DNA from: Silvanigrellaceae bacterium | GTDB lineage: Bacteria; Bdellovibrionota_B; Oligoflexia; Silvanigrellales; Silvanigrellaceae | NCBI GenBank assembly: GCA_049423385.1 | Contig: JBMSQQ010000023.1 | Span: forward strand, 1 to 40,688 | DNA: 40,688 nucleotides | Direction: 5' to 3' | Shown here: piece by piece, positions 1 to 8,421 of the stretch | How the letters are laid out: each line of letters begins with the position of its first letter | Numbering within the stretch: position 1 is the first letter of the stretch | Notes under the pieces: model-generated | Told to the model about the DNA's origin: nothing | The model's database searches: none | The model's input: the letters and a program-made list of their open reading frames with translations, nothing else | Translations under genes and position numbers: made by a program

Positions 1-172
1 TGGTCGCGGCAATTACAACATTGGCGTTAAAGAGCAAATTATTTTCCCTGAGATCGAAGCAGACAAAGTCGACAAGTCCAGGGGCCTGAGCATCACGATT
101 GTGACGTCCGCAAAGACCGATGAGTCTGCGCGCGAAATGCTCTCTCTTCTCGACATGCCATTCCGTAAGTGA
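1..172 (+). CDS. rplE: 50S ribosomal protein L5, 3' part (truncated by window start)
   Basis: Frame from nt 2 reads [56 protein letters not shown], the uL5 C-terminus; TGA at 170-172; lies directly before S14. Confidence 0.97.
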   Translation, partial: GRGNYNIGVKEQIIFPEIEADKVDKSRGLSITIVTSAKTDESAREMLSLLDMPFRK

Positions 173-182
173 GGTTTGAACG

Positions 183-368
183 ATGGCACGCTTAGCAATG
201 ATCAACAAAGCCAACAAGAAGGCAAAGTTCTCGACACGCCAGCGCAATCGCTGCAACCAATGCGGTCGTCCAAGAGCTTTTTATCGTGATTTCGGCGTTT
301 GCCGTTTGTGCCTGAGAAAGTTGGCCCTGAATGGCCAGATTCCCGGCATGATCAAGGCCAGCTGGTGA
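183..368 (+). CDS. rpsN: 30S ribosomal protein S14, short zinc-binding type Z
   Basis: 61 aa; RCNQCGRPR...CRLCLR (two CxxC), ends [16 protein letters not shown] upstream. Confidence 0.97.
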   Translation: MARLAMINKANKKAKFSTRQRNRCNQCGRPRAFYRDFGVCRLCLRKLALNGQIPGMIKASW

Positions 369-379
369 GGTAGAGGGAT

Positions 380-778
380 ATGAATACAACAGATCCAATT
401 GCAGATATGCTGACGCGCCTTCGCAATGCCAGCCGTGCAGGACTCCGCTACGCGGTTGTTCCGGCCAGCAAGTTGAAGGTCGACATGACAAAGATTCTTG
501 AAGCTGAAGGCTTCATTCGTGGATTCCGACTGATCCGTGACAACGGTCAGGGCAAGATCAAGATTGCAGTCAAGTACAGCGAAAGTGGCTCTCCTGCCAT
601 CCGTGGGCTTGCGCGCGTCTCGAAACCAGGATGCCGCGTGTATACGAGCGTTGCGAAGTTGAAGCCAGTTCGCGCTGGCCTTGGCCTCGCGATTGTTTCA
701 ACTCCAAAGGGCGTTATGACTGACTCTGCTGCTCGTGCAGAGAAGGTTGGCGGCGAAGTTTTGGCACAGGTTTGGTGA
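380..778 (+). CDS. rpsH: 30S ribosomal protein S8
   Basis: TDPIADMLTRLRNA, RVSKPGCRVY, IVSTPKGVMTD, GGEVLAQVW. Confidence 0.98.
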   Translation: MNTTDPIADMLTRLRNASRAGLRYAVVPASKLKVDMTKILEAEGFIRGFRLIRDNGQGKIKIAVKYSESGSPAIRGLARVSKPGCRVYTSVAKLKPVRAGLGLAIVSTPKGVMTDSAARAEKVGGEVLAQVW

Positions 779-807
779 CCTGCGGCTTAATGAAGTGAGT
801 GTGAATT

Positions 808-1344
808 ATGTCAAGAATTGGCAAACAACCTGTGAAAGTTCCGAACGGTGTGACCGTCAAACTGAACGGCCCCGTGCTTGAAGTCAACGGCCCAAAGGGT
901 GCATTGAAACGCGACACTTTCGGCCGCATCAAAATCAGCCAGACTGGTTCCGAGATTGCTGTGCAACCAGCAATTGAAGATGGCGCCAATTATTGGGGCC
1001 TCTACCGAACCTTGTTGGCGAACATGGTCGAAGGCGTGACAACTGGGTACAGCCGTCAGCTTGAGTTGGTGGGAACAGGTTATCGTGCAGCGATGGCTGG
1101 AAAGAACCTGACTCTGACTGTGGGTTATTCCCACCCTGTCAGCATGACGCCACCCGCTGGAGTTGCGTTTGAAGTCGACAAGACAGGCAAAGTCGTTGTT
1201 GCGGGCCCCGACAAAGAACTTGTAGGACGTGTTGCGGCACAAGTCCGTGCAGTGCGTGAACCTGAGCCATACCATGGCAAAGGCATCCGCTATGTTGGCG
1301 AAGTTATTGCAACAAAAGTTGGTAAATCATCCGGTAAGAAGTGA
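808..1344 (+). CDS. rplF: 50S ribosomal protein L6
   Basis: MSRIGKQPV, NMVEGVTTGY, LVGTGYRA, PEPYHGKGIRY. Confidence 0.98.
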   Translation: MSRIGKQPVKVPNGVTVKLNGPVLEVNGPKGALKRDTFGRIKISQTGSEIAVQPAIEDGANYWGLYRTLLANMVEGVTTGYSRQLELVGTGYRAAMAGKNLTLTVGYSHPVSMTPPAGVAFEVDKTGKVVVAGPDKELVGRVAAQVRAVREPEPYHGKGIRYVGEVIATKVGKSSGKK

Positions 1345-1391
1345 ACGTAGGTTTGTCGGCCTGTATGTGAGCAGGCGACGAGGAGAACATT

Positions 1392-1754
1392 ATGTATCGA
1401 ATTGTGAACAGACGGCGAGTGCGTGAGTTTCGCAAAATGCGTTTCTGGCGTCGGCGCTTGACGGATCTCAGCAAGCCGCGCCTCTGCATTTTCAGAAGCG
1501 CGCGTCATATTCAGGTGCAGTTGATTGATGACAACAGCCAAAAGGTTCTTGCATCGGCGACGTCTTTTGAGAAGGCACTCCGTACATCCGGCCTTCGCGG
1601 AAAAGAGATGGCGAAAAAGGTTGGGACAACAATTGCAGAGAGAGCTAAAAAGCTTGGCCTCGCAGATGTGGTCTTTGACCGAAATGGTTTCAGCTATCAC
1701 GGCCGCGTCCAGGTTCTGGCGGACTCTGCTCGTGAATCTGGTTTGAAGTTCTAA
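1392..1754 (+). CDS. rplR: 50S ribosomal protein L18
   Basis: PRLCIFRSARHI, VVFDRNGFSYHGRVQVLADSARESGLKF; GAGGAG RBS. Confidence 0.96.
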   Translation: MYRIVNRRRVREFRKMRFWRRRLTDLSKPRLCIFRSARHIQVQLIDDNSQKVLASATSFEKALRTSGLRGKEMAKKVGTTIAERAKKLGLADVVFDRNGFSYHGRVQVLADSARESGLKF

Positions 1755-1774
1755 GGAAGGTCAAGGAGTAGGTC

Positions 1775-2254
1775 ATGCAGGTTAGAACTGAAGAGAAAAA
1801 AGATCGCTTTGAAGACCGGGTTGTCAGTGTTGCCCGCGTTTCCAAGACAGTGAAGGGCGGTCGTCGTATGAGCTTTTCCGCGCTTGTCATCGTTGGTGAC
1901 CGCGAGGGAACAGTTGGATTTGGCCTCGGAAAAGCCGGCGAAGTTCCGGAAGCTGTCCGTAAGGCTGTCGCTCAGGCCAAGAAGTCTCTGGTGAGCATTC
2001 CGCTTGAAAACCAGACGATTCCTTTCATGGTTCAGTCGAAGTTTGGCGCAAGCAAGCTTCTTTTGAGCCCTGCTCCAGATGGTACGGGAATTGTTGCCGG
2101 AAGTGCTGTTCGTGCGATTGCCGAACTCGCTGGCATTCCCAACCTGATGGCGAAGATCCAAGGAAGTCGCAATCCGCACAATGTGGTTAAGGCAACATTC
2201 TCGGGTCTGCGTCAACTGACGACACGTGAAGAATACGTAAACGCACGCAAATGA
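1775..2254 (+). CDS. rpsE: 30S ribosomal protein S5
   Basis: RVSKTVKGGRRMSFSALVIVGD, GKAGEVPEAVRKA, GSRNPHNVVKAT. Confidence 0.98.
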   Translation: MQVRTEEKKDRFEDRVVSVARVSKTVKGGRRMSFSALVIVGDREGTVGFGLGKAGEVPEAVRKAVAQAKKSLVSIPLENQTIPFMVQSKFGASKLLLSPAPDGTGIVAGSAVRAIAELAGIPNLMAKIQGSRNPHNVVKATFSGLRQLTTREEYVNARK

Positions 2255-2264
2255 GGTTTAGGCC

Positions 2265-2462
2265 ATGCAAAGCCTTAATTCTAAGAAAATCAAAGTCACG
2301 CTCCTGAGAAGTCATGCAGGTCGTTCTGAATCCCAGAAACGTACCCTGATCTCTCTCGGTCTCAAGAAAATCGGTGAGTCGCGCGTATTGCCAAACCTCA
2401 ACCCGATTCTTGGTCAAGTCAACAAAGTCATCCAGTGGGTTAAAGTAGAAGCCGCTGAGTAA
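2265..2462 (+). CDS. rpmD: 50S ribosomal protein L30
   Basis: IKVTLLRS...QKRTLISLGLKKIG...ILGQVNKV; canonical position between rpsE and rplO. Confidence 0.93.
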   Translation: MQSLNSKKIKVTLLRSHAGRSESQKRTLISLGLKKIGESRVLPNLNPILGQVNKVIQWVKVEAAE

Positions 2463-2472
2463 GAGGTGTGAA

Positions 2473-2895
2473 GTGAGAATGCAAGATTTGCGTCCAAATG
2501 AAGGCGCTACCAAAGACAGACGCCGTCTGGGCCGTGGACCAGGAAGTGGTCTTGGCAAGACGGGCGGCCGTGGTGGAAAAGGCCAAACTGCACGCGCAGG
2601 TGGCGGAATCCGCCCTGGCTTCGAAGGTGGTCAGACTCCTCTTTATCGTCGTTTGCCCAAGCGCGGCTTCACCAACGTTCATGCAATTGAAGTTTTCTCT
2701 TTGAATCTTCGTGATGCAGAAGCGTACATTGAAGGTGGTGTACTTGACGGAAAGACCATAGCCGGTGATAAGGCGGTGGTGAAATTGTTGTCTGTGGGCG
2801 ATGTTCCAAAGTCGCTCAAGACTGTGAAATCTGTTCGTGTGTCAGGGACTACACGCGAGAAGCTGAGCGCTGCTGGCGTTAAGATCGAGGAGTAA
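2473..2895 (+). CDS. rplO: 50S ribosomal protein L15 (GTG start)
   Basis: RLGRGPGSGLGKTGGRGGKGQTAR, GFEGGQTPLYRRLPKRGF. Confidence 0.97.
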   Translation: MRMQDLRPNEGATKDRRRLGRGPGSGLGKTGGRGGKGQTARAGGGIRPGFEGGQTPLYRRLPKRGFTNVHAIEVFSLNLRDAEAYIEGGVLDGKTIAGDKAVVKLLSVGDVPKSLKTVKSVRVSGTTREKLSAAGVKIEE

Positions 2896-2902
2896 GGACG
2901 CG

Positions 2903-4240
2903 ATGGCACTTGCCGAAGAGAGCGGTGAGAATCTTTTGTTGAAGAGGGTGGCTTTCACTCTCTTGGCGTTGATGGTGTTTCGTCTGGGGGTTCACATTCC
3001 AACTCCCGGAGTGAATGCAAAGGCTCTTGTGGCATTGGCAAGCCAGAACTCGGGCGGCCTCCTGAAAATGTTGAACATGTTTTCCGGCGGTGCGTTGAAT
3101 CAGTTTTCAATTTTTGCACTTGGCGTCATGCCTTATATCTCGGCGAGCATCATCATTCAGTTGATGACGGTCGTCGTTCCCTCGTTGGAGCAACTCCAGA
3201 AAGAGGGTGGAGTCGGGCGCCAGAAAATCAACCGAATCACGAGAACTCTTGCTGTCATCATTGCATTGCTTCAGGGCTACCTGGCAGCAGTTGCACTTGA
3301 AAAGGCACCCGACACAGCAGCAGGAGCAGCTGTGCTTGATCCCGGGATTTCGTTCCGAATTTTGGCATCTCTTCTGCTCACAACAGGGACGTGTTTCGTA
3401 ATGTGGCTTGGTGAGCAGATCACCGAAAAAGGAATTGGCAACGGTACCTCGCTGATCATTTTTGCGGGTATCGTGGCGTACTTTCCGAATGGCGTTGGCA
3501 AGATTGTTGAAGCCCTCAAAGACAACAGCATGACGATCGTCGTCGCCTTGGGCCTGGCAACTTTTCTTGTCGCGGTCGTGTTCGGAATTTCGTTTATTGA
3601 ACAAAGCTATCGAAAGATTGCTGTGCATTATGCAAAGCGATTAGTGGGTAACAGGGTCATGTCGGGCCAGTCCACACACCTTCCTCTGAAGGTGAATATG
3701 TCTGGTGTTATTCCCGCGATCTTCGGAAGCACAATTCTCGCAGTTCCTCTATCCTTTGGTGGATTTTTCGGAAAATCCCAGGGCAGCGTTTGGCTGTCGG
3801 CACTGATGCCCAACCAGTGGTTATACAATGTAATATTTTCTCTGCTGGTGCTGTTTTTCTGTTATTTCTACACATCAATTACGTTCAAGCCGGATGATAT
3901 TGCTGAAAACTTGAAAAAGCAGAACGCATACATCCCCGGAGTGCGTCCAGGAACTGAAACCGCGGAAGCTTTGGATATGGTGGTGACGCGACTGACACTC
4001 GCGGGAGCTATCTACATGAACTTGGTTTGTATCATACCTCAGGTTGTGACCGGAGGTTTTGCTGAGCAGTTGTACGTGGGTGGCACCAGCCTCTTGATTG
4101 TTGTTGGTGTTGCTCTTGAAACGGTGCGGCAAGTGAGCGCCCAGTTGGCGACGCAGCGATATGATTCGCTGCTCTTCGCTGGCAAAGGGAGTGAATCTGA
4201 ACCGACATTGACTCCGGCCACCGAGCGGGGTCCATCGTGA
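2903..4240 (+). CDS. secY: Preprotein translocase subunit SecY
   Basis: SIFALGVMPYISASIIIQL, WLGEQITEKGIGNGTSLIIFAGI, IPGVRPG, GGTSLLIVVGV; about 10 hydrophobic segments. Confidence 0.98.
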   Translation: MALAEESGENLLLKRVAFTLLALMVFRLGVHIPTPGVNAKALVALASQNSGGLLKMLNMFSGGALNQFSIFALGVMPYISASIIIQLMTVVVPSLEQLQKEGGVGRQKINRITRTLAVIIALLQGYLAAVALEKAPDTAAGAAVLDPGISFRILASLLLTTGTCFVMWLGEQITEKGIGNGTSLIIFAGIVAYFPNGVGKIVEALKDNSMTIVVALGLATFLVAVVFGISFIEQSYRKIAVHYAKRLVGNRVMSGQSTHLPLKVNMSGVIPAIFGSTILAVPLSFGGFFGKSQGSVWLSALMPNQWLYNVIFSLLVLFFCYFYTSITFKPDDIAENLKKQNAYIPGVRPGTETAEALDMVVTRLTLAGAIYMNLVCIIPQVVTGGFAEQLYVGGTSLLIVVGVALETVRQVSAQLATQRYDSLLFAGKGSESEPTLTPATERGPS

Positions 4241-4902
4241 AAGTTGTTGTTTTGTTGGGCGCGCCTGGAGCGGGCAAAGGCACCCAAGCAGGCTTGATTG
4301 CGAATCGTCTTGGAGCAGTGCACATATCAACAGGTGCATTGTTGCGTGACGAAATCAAATCAGGATCGAGCCTCGGACAAAAGGTCAAGTCGATAGTGGA
4401 GAATGGTTCTCTCGTCGATGACCAGACGCTATTCGAATGCTGTTCTGGAGTATTGTCTCGTGCACGTGAAGCACAGAAGAAAATACTCCTCCTGGACGGC
4501 GTTCCCCGTAACGTGAATCAGGTCAAGATACTCGACACCGTGCTTCAAAAACTGAACCTCAAGGTCGACGCGGCACTAGACTTTGATGTTCCGACGGATC
4601 TGTTGGTGGCTCGCTTGAGCAACCGCTGGACCTGCCAGAAGTGCGGAGCAATTGCCTCGGGGAATTCAGAGGGATTAGCCCCCTCGTCCTGTAGTTCCTG
4701 TCAGGCCATTGGGTCGTTTGCGCGACGTAAGGACGATGAGCCTTCTGCAGTTCAGAAGCGCTTGGATGTCTATGTTACTGAAACAGCTCCAGTTTCTGGT
4801 CTATATAGCGAGAGGGGATTGTTGTGTCGAATCGACGCAAAGCAGGACCCTGAGCTTGTGTACCTTGAGGTTGGGGAAGTAATTACGAAAAAACTGAAGT
4901 GA
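4237..4902 (+). CDS. adk: Adenylate kinase with Cys4 zinc-type lid (GTG start overlapping secY stop)
   Basis: P-loop GAPGAGKGTQA, HISTG, LDGVPR, lid CQKC...CSSC, RKDD. Confidence 0.96.
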   Translation: MKVVVLLGAPGAGKGTQAGLIANRLGAVHISTGALLRDEIKSGSSLGQKVKSIVENGSLVDDQTLFECCSGVLSRAREAQKKILLLDGVPRNVNQVKILDTVLQKLNLKVDAALDFDVPTDLLVARLSNRWTCQKCGAIASGNSEGLAPSSCSSCQAIGSFARRKDDEPSAVQKRLDVYVTETAPVSGLYSERGLLCRIDAKQDPELVYLEVGEVITKKLK

Positions 4903-4972
4903 AGTGTTGCCCGCTCGCTGATTTTGCGATAGCGGACTGGCTCTGATGACTTCGGTCTTTGGTGGGATTTAT

Positions 4973-5191
4973 ATGGAACGCGATGATCGTATTGAGGTTG
5001 AGGGCACTGTCTCTGAGAAGCTTCCGAACAACATGTTCAGGGTTGAGCTTGAAAATGGACACCTTGTTCTCGCTCATGTGTCTGGAAAGATGAGGATGAA
5101 TTTCATCAATATTTTGCCTGGTGACAAGGTGAAGGTTGAGTTGAGTCCTTATGACCTCCAACGCGGTCGAATTGTTTTCCGCGCAAAATAA
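4973..5191 (+). CDS. infA: Translation initiation factor IF-1
   Basis: [46 protein letters not shown] at 4973 gives the typical 72 aa; the ORF-track start at 4946 is probably too long. Confidence 0.97.
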   Translation: MERDDRIEVEGTVSEKLPNNMFRVELENGHLVLAHVSGKMRMNFINILPGDKVKVELSPYDLQRGRIVFRAK

Positions 5192-5214
5192 GATTTGGGA
5201 AGTGTGAGGTTTGT

Positions 5215-5328
5215 ATGAAGGTTCGTGCGAGCGTCAAGCCGATCTGCGACAAGTGTAAAGTTGTTCGTCGTGAAGGCATTGTAAGGGTGATTTGCTCAAT
5301 TAAGAAACATAAGCAACGCCAAGGTTAA
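5215..5328 (+). CDS. rpmJ: 50S ribosomal protein L36, zinc-ribbon type (not in ORF track)
   Basis: Manual translation [37 protein letters not shown] (37 aa); GAGG RBS upstream. Confidence 0.97.
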   Translation: MKVRASVKPICDKCKVVRREGIVRVICSIKKHKQRQG

Positions 5329-5348
5329 GTGGTTTTTGGGGGTTTTCC

Positions 5349-5717
5349 GTGGCACGTATTGCCGGTGTAGACATTCCGCGGAATAAGCGGATCGAAATTT
5401 CTCTGACTTATATTTATGGTATTGGCCGCAAGACAGCTCAAAAGCTGCTTGACACAGTTGCCATTAACCGTGACACACGCACTCAAGAGTTGACCGATGA
5501 TCAGGTCAACTTGATTCGTAAAGCGATCGACAGTGGTCTGACGGTTGAAGGCGATTTGCGCCGCATGGTTCAGTCGAACGTCAAGCGCTTGATGGACTTG
5601 GGTTGCTACAGGGGCCTTCGTCATCGTCGCGGCCTGCCTGTGCGCGGTCAAAGAACGAAAACGAATGCTCGTACGCGCAAGGGTCCGAAGAAGACTGTTG
5701 CGAACAAGAAGAAATAA
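5349..5717 (+). CDS. rpsM: 30S ribosomal protein S13 (GTG start)
   Basis: [46 protein letters not shown]. Confidence 0.98.
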   Translation: MARIAGVDIPRNKRIEISLTYIYGIGRKTAQKLLDTVAINRDTRTQELTDDQVNLIRKAIDSGLTVEGDLRRMVQSNVKRLMDLGCYRGLRHRRGLPVRGQRTKTNARTRKGPKKTVANKKK

Positions 5718-5740
5718 TAGCCAGCTGAAGTGAGTAAAGT

Positions 5741-6130
5741 ATGAACAAGGCTGTTGTCAGCAAGAAGAAGCGCGTAAAGCGCAATGTTCCAGTCGGAGTC
5801 GCTACCATTTGTGCGAGCTTCAACAACACTATCATCACATTTGCAGACGTGAATGGTGACGTGGTGACTTGGTCAAGCGCAGGTAGCAAAGGATTTAAGG
5901 GCTCGCGTCGCAGTACGCCTTTTGCGGCTCAGATGGCTGCAGAAGATGCTGCACGTAAGGCTATGGAAAGCGGAATGCGTTCCTGCTCTGTTGTCGTGAC
6001 TGGACCAGGTTCTGGTCGTGAGTCGGCAATCCGGGCTATTTCAGCAACAGGTATGAAGGTCACGCTCATCAAGGACGAAACGCCCATTCCACACAATGGT
6101 TGCCGTCCTCCGAAGCGTCGTCGCGTCTAA
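5741..6130 (+). CDS. rpsK: 30S ribosomal protein S11
   Basis: [50 protein letters not shown]. Confidence 0.98.
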   Translation: MNKAVVSKKKRVKRNVPVGVATICASFNNTIITFADVNGDVVTWSSAGSKGFKGSRRSTPFAAQMAAEDAARKAMESGMRSCSVVVTGPGSGRESAIRAISATGMKVTLIKDETPIPHNGCRPPKRRRV

Positions 6131-6149
6131 TTGAATTGGAGATTAAACC

Positions 6150-6782
6150 GTGGCTCGTTATATTGGTCCCAGCTGTAGAATGTGTCGTCGGGAGGGCGTT
6201 AAGCTCTACTTGAAGGGCGACCGCTGCTATACCGACAAGTGCGCAGTCGATAAGCGCAAATCCGCTCCTGGTCAGCATGGAGCTCGCCGTGGCAAGCTTT
6301 CCGACTACGGAAACCAGCTGCGTGAAAAGCAGAAGCTTCGCCGTATGTACGGAATTCTTGAAAAGCAATTCCGTGGCTTGTTTGAAAGAGCGTCCGCCAA
6401 AAAGGGCAAGACAGGTGAGTTGCTCCTCCAAGGGCTCGAGCTTCGCCTTGACTCCGTTGTTTATCGTCTCGGTCTGGCTTCCAGCCGAAACGCTGCTCGC
6501 CAGGTTGTTCGCCACAACCACATTCTGGTGAATGGCAAGCGCCTCAATATTCCGTCAGCCGTATTGAAAGTCGGCGACAAGGTGACATTGGTCGAAGGAA
6601 GCCGTAACATGGCGCCCGTGTTGGCGTCTCTCGAAGCAACGAAGCGTGAGGGCCATGGTGCTCCAGCTTGGTTGAAGTGGGATGCGGGCTCATTCACTGG
6701 TGAGATTCTTGCCAAGCCTGCTCGCGAGGACATTTCTGTCCCAGCTCGTGAGCAGATGGTTGTCGAGCTTTACTCGAAGTAA
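6150..6782 (+). CDS. rpsD: 30S ribosomal protein S4 with N-terminal Cys4 zinc motif (GTG start)
   Basis: MARYIGPSCRMCRREG...RCYTDKC, QLREKQK, LELRLDSVVYRLG, VVELYSK. Confidence 0.98.
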   Translation: MARYIGPSCRMCRREGVKLYLKGDRCYTDKCAVDKRKSAPGQHGARRGKLSDYGNQLREKQKLRRMYGILEKQFRGLFERASAKKGKTGELLLQGLELRLDSVVYRLGLASSRNAARQVVRHNHILVNGKRLNIPSAVLKVGDKVTLVEGSRNMAPVLASLEATKREGHGAPAWLKWDAGSFTGEILAKPAREDISVPAREQMVVELYSK

Positions 6783-6833
6783 CACTGAGCGCGCATGTAG
6801 GCGCGCTTGTTTGGATTGAAGACGGGGTAATTG

Positions 6834-7835
6834 ATGCAGAGCAACTGGAAAGCGCTAGTAAAGCCACAGTTTATTGAAAAAGAAGATGTCACCCCTGTAT
6901 TTGGTCGTTTCATAGCCAAGCCTTTGGAGCGTGGATTTGGAACGACGCTCGGGAATGCACTTCGTCGCGTTCTGTTGTCGTCTCTTCAGGGTGCTGCTGT
7001 CGTCGGTTTGAAGATCGATGGCGTTGAGCATGAGTTTTCGACAGTGGCGGATGTTGCTGAAGATGTGACTGAGATTGTTTTGAACCTCAAGGCTCTGGGC
7101 GTTTGGTTGGATGGTGAAACTGAAAAGGTAGCCACAATCGAAGTTACCGGTCCTAAAGTTGTGACAGGCGCCGACATCCGCTGCGACGGCTCGCTTCGGG
7201 TTTTGGATCCTGATCAAGTCATTTGTACCGTGGGCGCAGGCGGAAAGTTTTCCGCAGAGCTGCATATCCGCGCGGGCAAGGGTTACGTCACGAGTGAAAG
7301 CATCAAGGAGGCAGGCTTGCCTCTGGGTGTGATTCCTCTGGATGCAGTGTTCTCGCCCGTTCGTCGGGTGAGTTTCTCTGTGGCTGAGACTCGCGTTGGC
7401 CAACGTTCGGACTTCAACAAGCTTGTACTCGAAGTTAGCACAAATGGCGCAGTCTCTCCTGAAGATGCACTCGCCTACTCGGCAAAGATTCTGAAGGATC
7501 AGGTTTCCGTGTTCATCAACTTCCAGGAAGCTGATGAAGAAGCACCTGTCGCGGAGACAGTGACTGTTGACGCTCGAGTGAACGAAAGCCTGTACAAGTC
7601 AGTTGATGAGCTGGAACTTTCGGTTCGTGCCGCGAATTGTCTTGAAAATGCCGGAATTCGGTATATTGGAGAGTTGGTGGTTCGCAGCGAGTCTGAAATG
7701 CTCAAAACTAAGAATTTCGGACGTAAGACTCTGAACGAAATTAAAGATATTCTTGCGGAAATGGGGCTCCACCTCGGCATGAAGATCGAGGGATTTGATC
7801 CTGGTCGTCTCCGCGAACGTGACTTCAAGGCGTAA
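6834..7835 (+). CDS. rpoA: DNA-directed RNA polymerase subunit alpha
   Basis: PLERGFGTTLGNALRRVLLSSL, DAVFSPV, alpha-CTD LELSVRAANCL...KNFGRKTLNEIK; start TTG 6831 or ATG 6834. Confidence 0.98.
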   Translation: MQSNWKALVKPQFIEKEDVTPVFGRFIAKPLERGFGTTLGNALRRVLLSSLQGAAVVGLKIDGVEHEFSTVADVAEDVTEIVLNLKALGVWLDGETEKVATIEVTGPKVVTGADIRCDGSLRVLDPDQVICTVGAGGKFSAELHIRAGKGYVTSESIKEAGLPLGVIPLDAVFSPVRRVSFSVAETRVGQRSDFNKLVLEVSTNGAVSPEDALAYSAKILKDQVSVFINFQEADEEAPVAETVTVDARVNESLYKSVDELELSVRAANCLENAGIRYIGELVVRSESEMLKTKNFGRKTLNEIKDILAEMGLHLGMKIEGFDPGRLRERDFKA

Positions 7836-7851
7836 AAGGTAGGGATGTGCG

Positions 7852-8232
7852 ATGAGACATCGTTTTGGTTATAGAAAGCTCAACCGTAACTCGGCAGAAA
7901 GAAAAGCACTGCTGCGCGGTTTGGCAACACAGCTTCTGACCAGTGGTCGTATTGAAACGACCGTGGAAAGAGCGAAAGAACTTCGTGGAGTTGTTGAGCC
8001 GCTGATCACATTGGCTCGCAAGGACACATTGGCGAATCGCCGCTTGGCTGCTGCCCGTCTTTACGGAACAGAAGTTGTTGCGCGCTTGTTCAAGGAAGTT
8101 GCTCCTTCAACAGGGACTCGTCCTGGCGGTTTCACTCGCATCATGAAGCTTGGTTTCCGTCCCGGTGACCACGCTCGTCGTGCGTTGATTGAGCTTGTTG
8201 ACGAACCCAAGGCAGCAGCTGAAGCCAAGTAA
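7852..8232 (+). CDS. rplQ: 50S ribosomal protein L17
   Basis: MRHR...[34 protein letters not shown]. Confidence 0.98.
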   Translation: MRHRFGYRKLNRNSAERKALLRGLATQLLTSGRIETTVERAKELRGVVEPLITLARKDTLANRRLAAARLYGTEVVARLFKEVAPSTGTRPGGFTRIMKLGFRPGDHARRALIELVDEPKAAAEAK

Positions 8233-8309
8233 CAGGTTGAAAGTGTATGCCTGCAGTCGCGGGCAGGCGCTTTGGGGCCGAAACTGGGCTGAGCCTGAAT
8301 GCCTACAAT

Positions 8310-8340
8310 AAAAACCGCTCCTTCGGGGGCGGTTTTTTTT
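8310..8340 (+). terminator. Rho-independent terminator of the alpha operon, possibly bidirectional
   Basis: AAAAA-CCGCTCC-TTCG-GGGGCGG-TTTTTTTT: 7-bp stem (one G.U pair), UUCG loop, 8 T downstream and 5 A upstream; lies between convergent rplQ and the methyltransferase gene. Confidence 0.92.
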
Positions 8341-8421
8341 CGATTGATCTGGTTTGTTGCGGGGCTGCTCAAATTTTTCAGGCGAATGCACGGATGTTTT
8401 TTTGAAGCGAAACTTGGGATG

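Noticed and set aside
8233..8421. Possible ncRNA or tRNA between rplQ and the methyltransferase
   Set aside because: No cloverleaf/T-loop, SRP or tmRNA signature; explained by a 3'-UTR hairpin plus the terminator.
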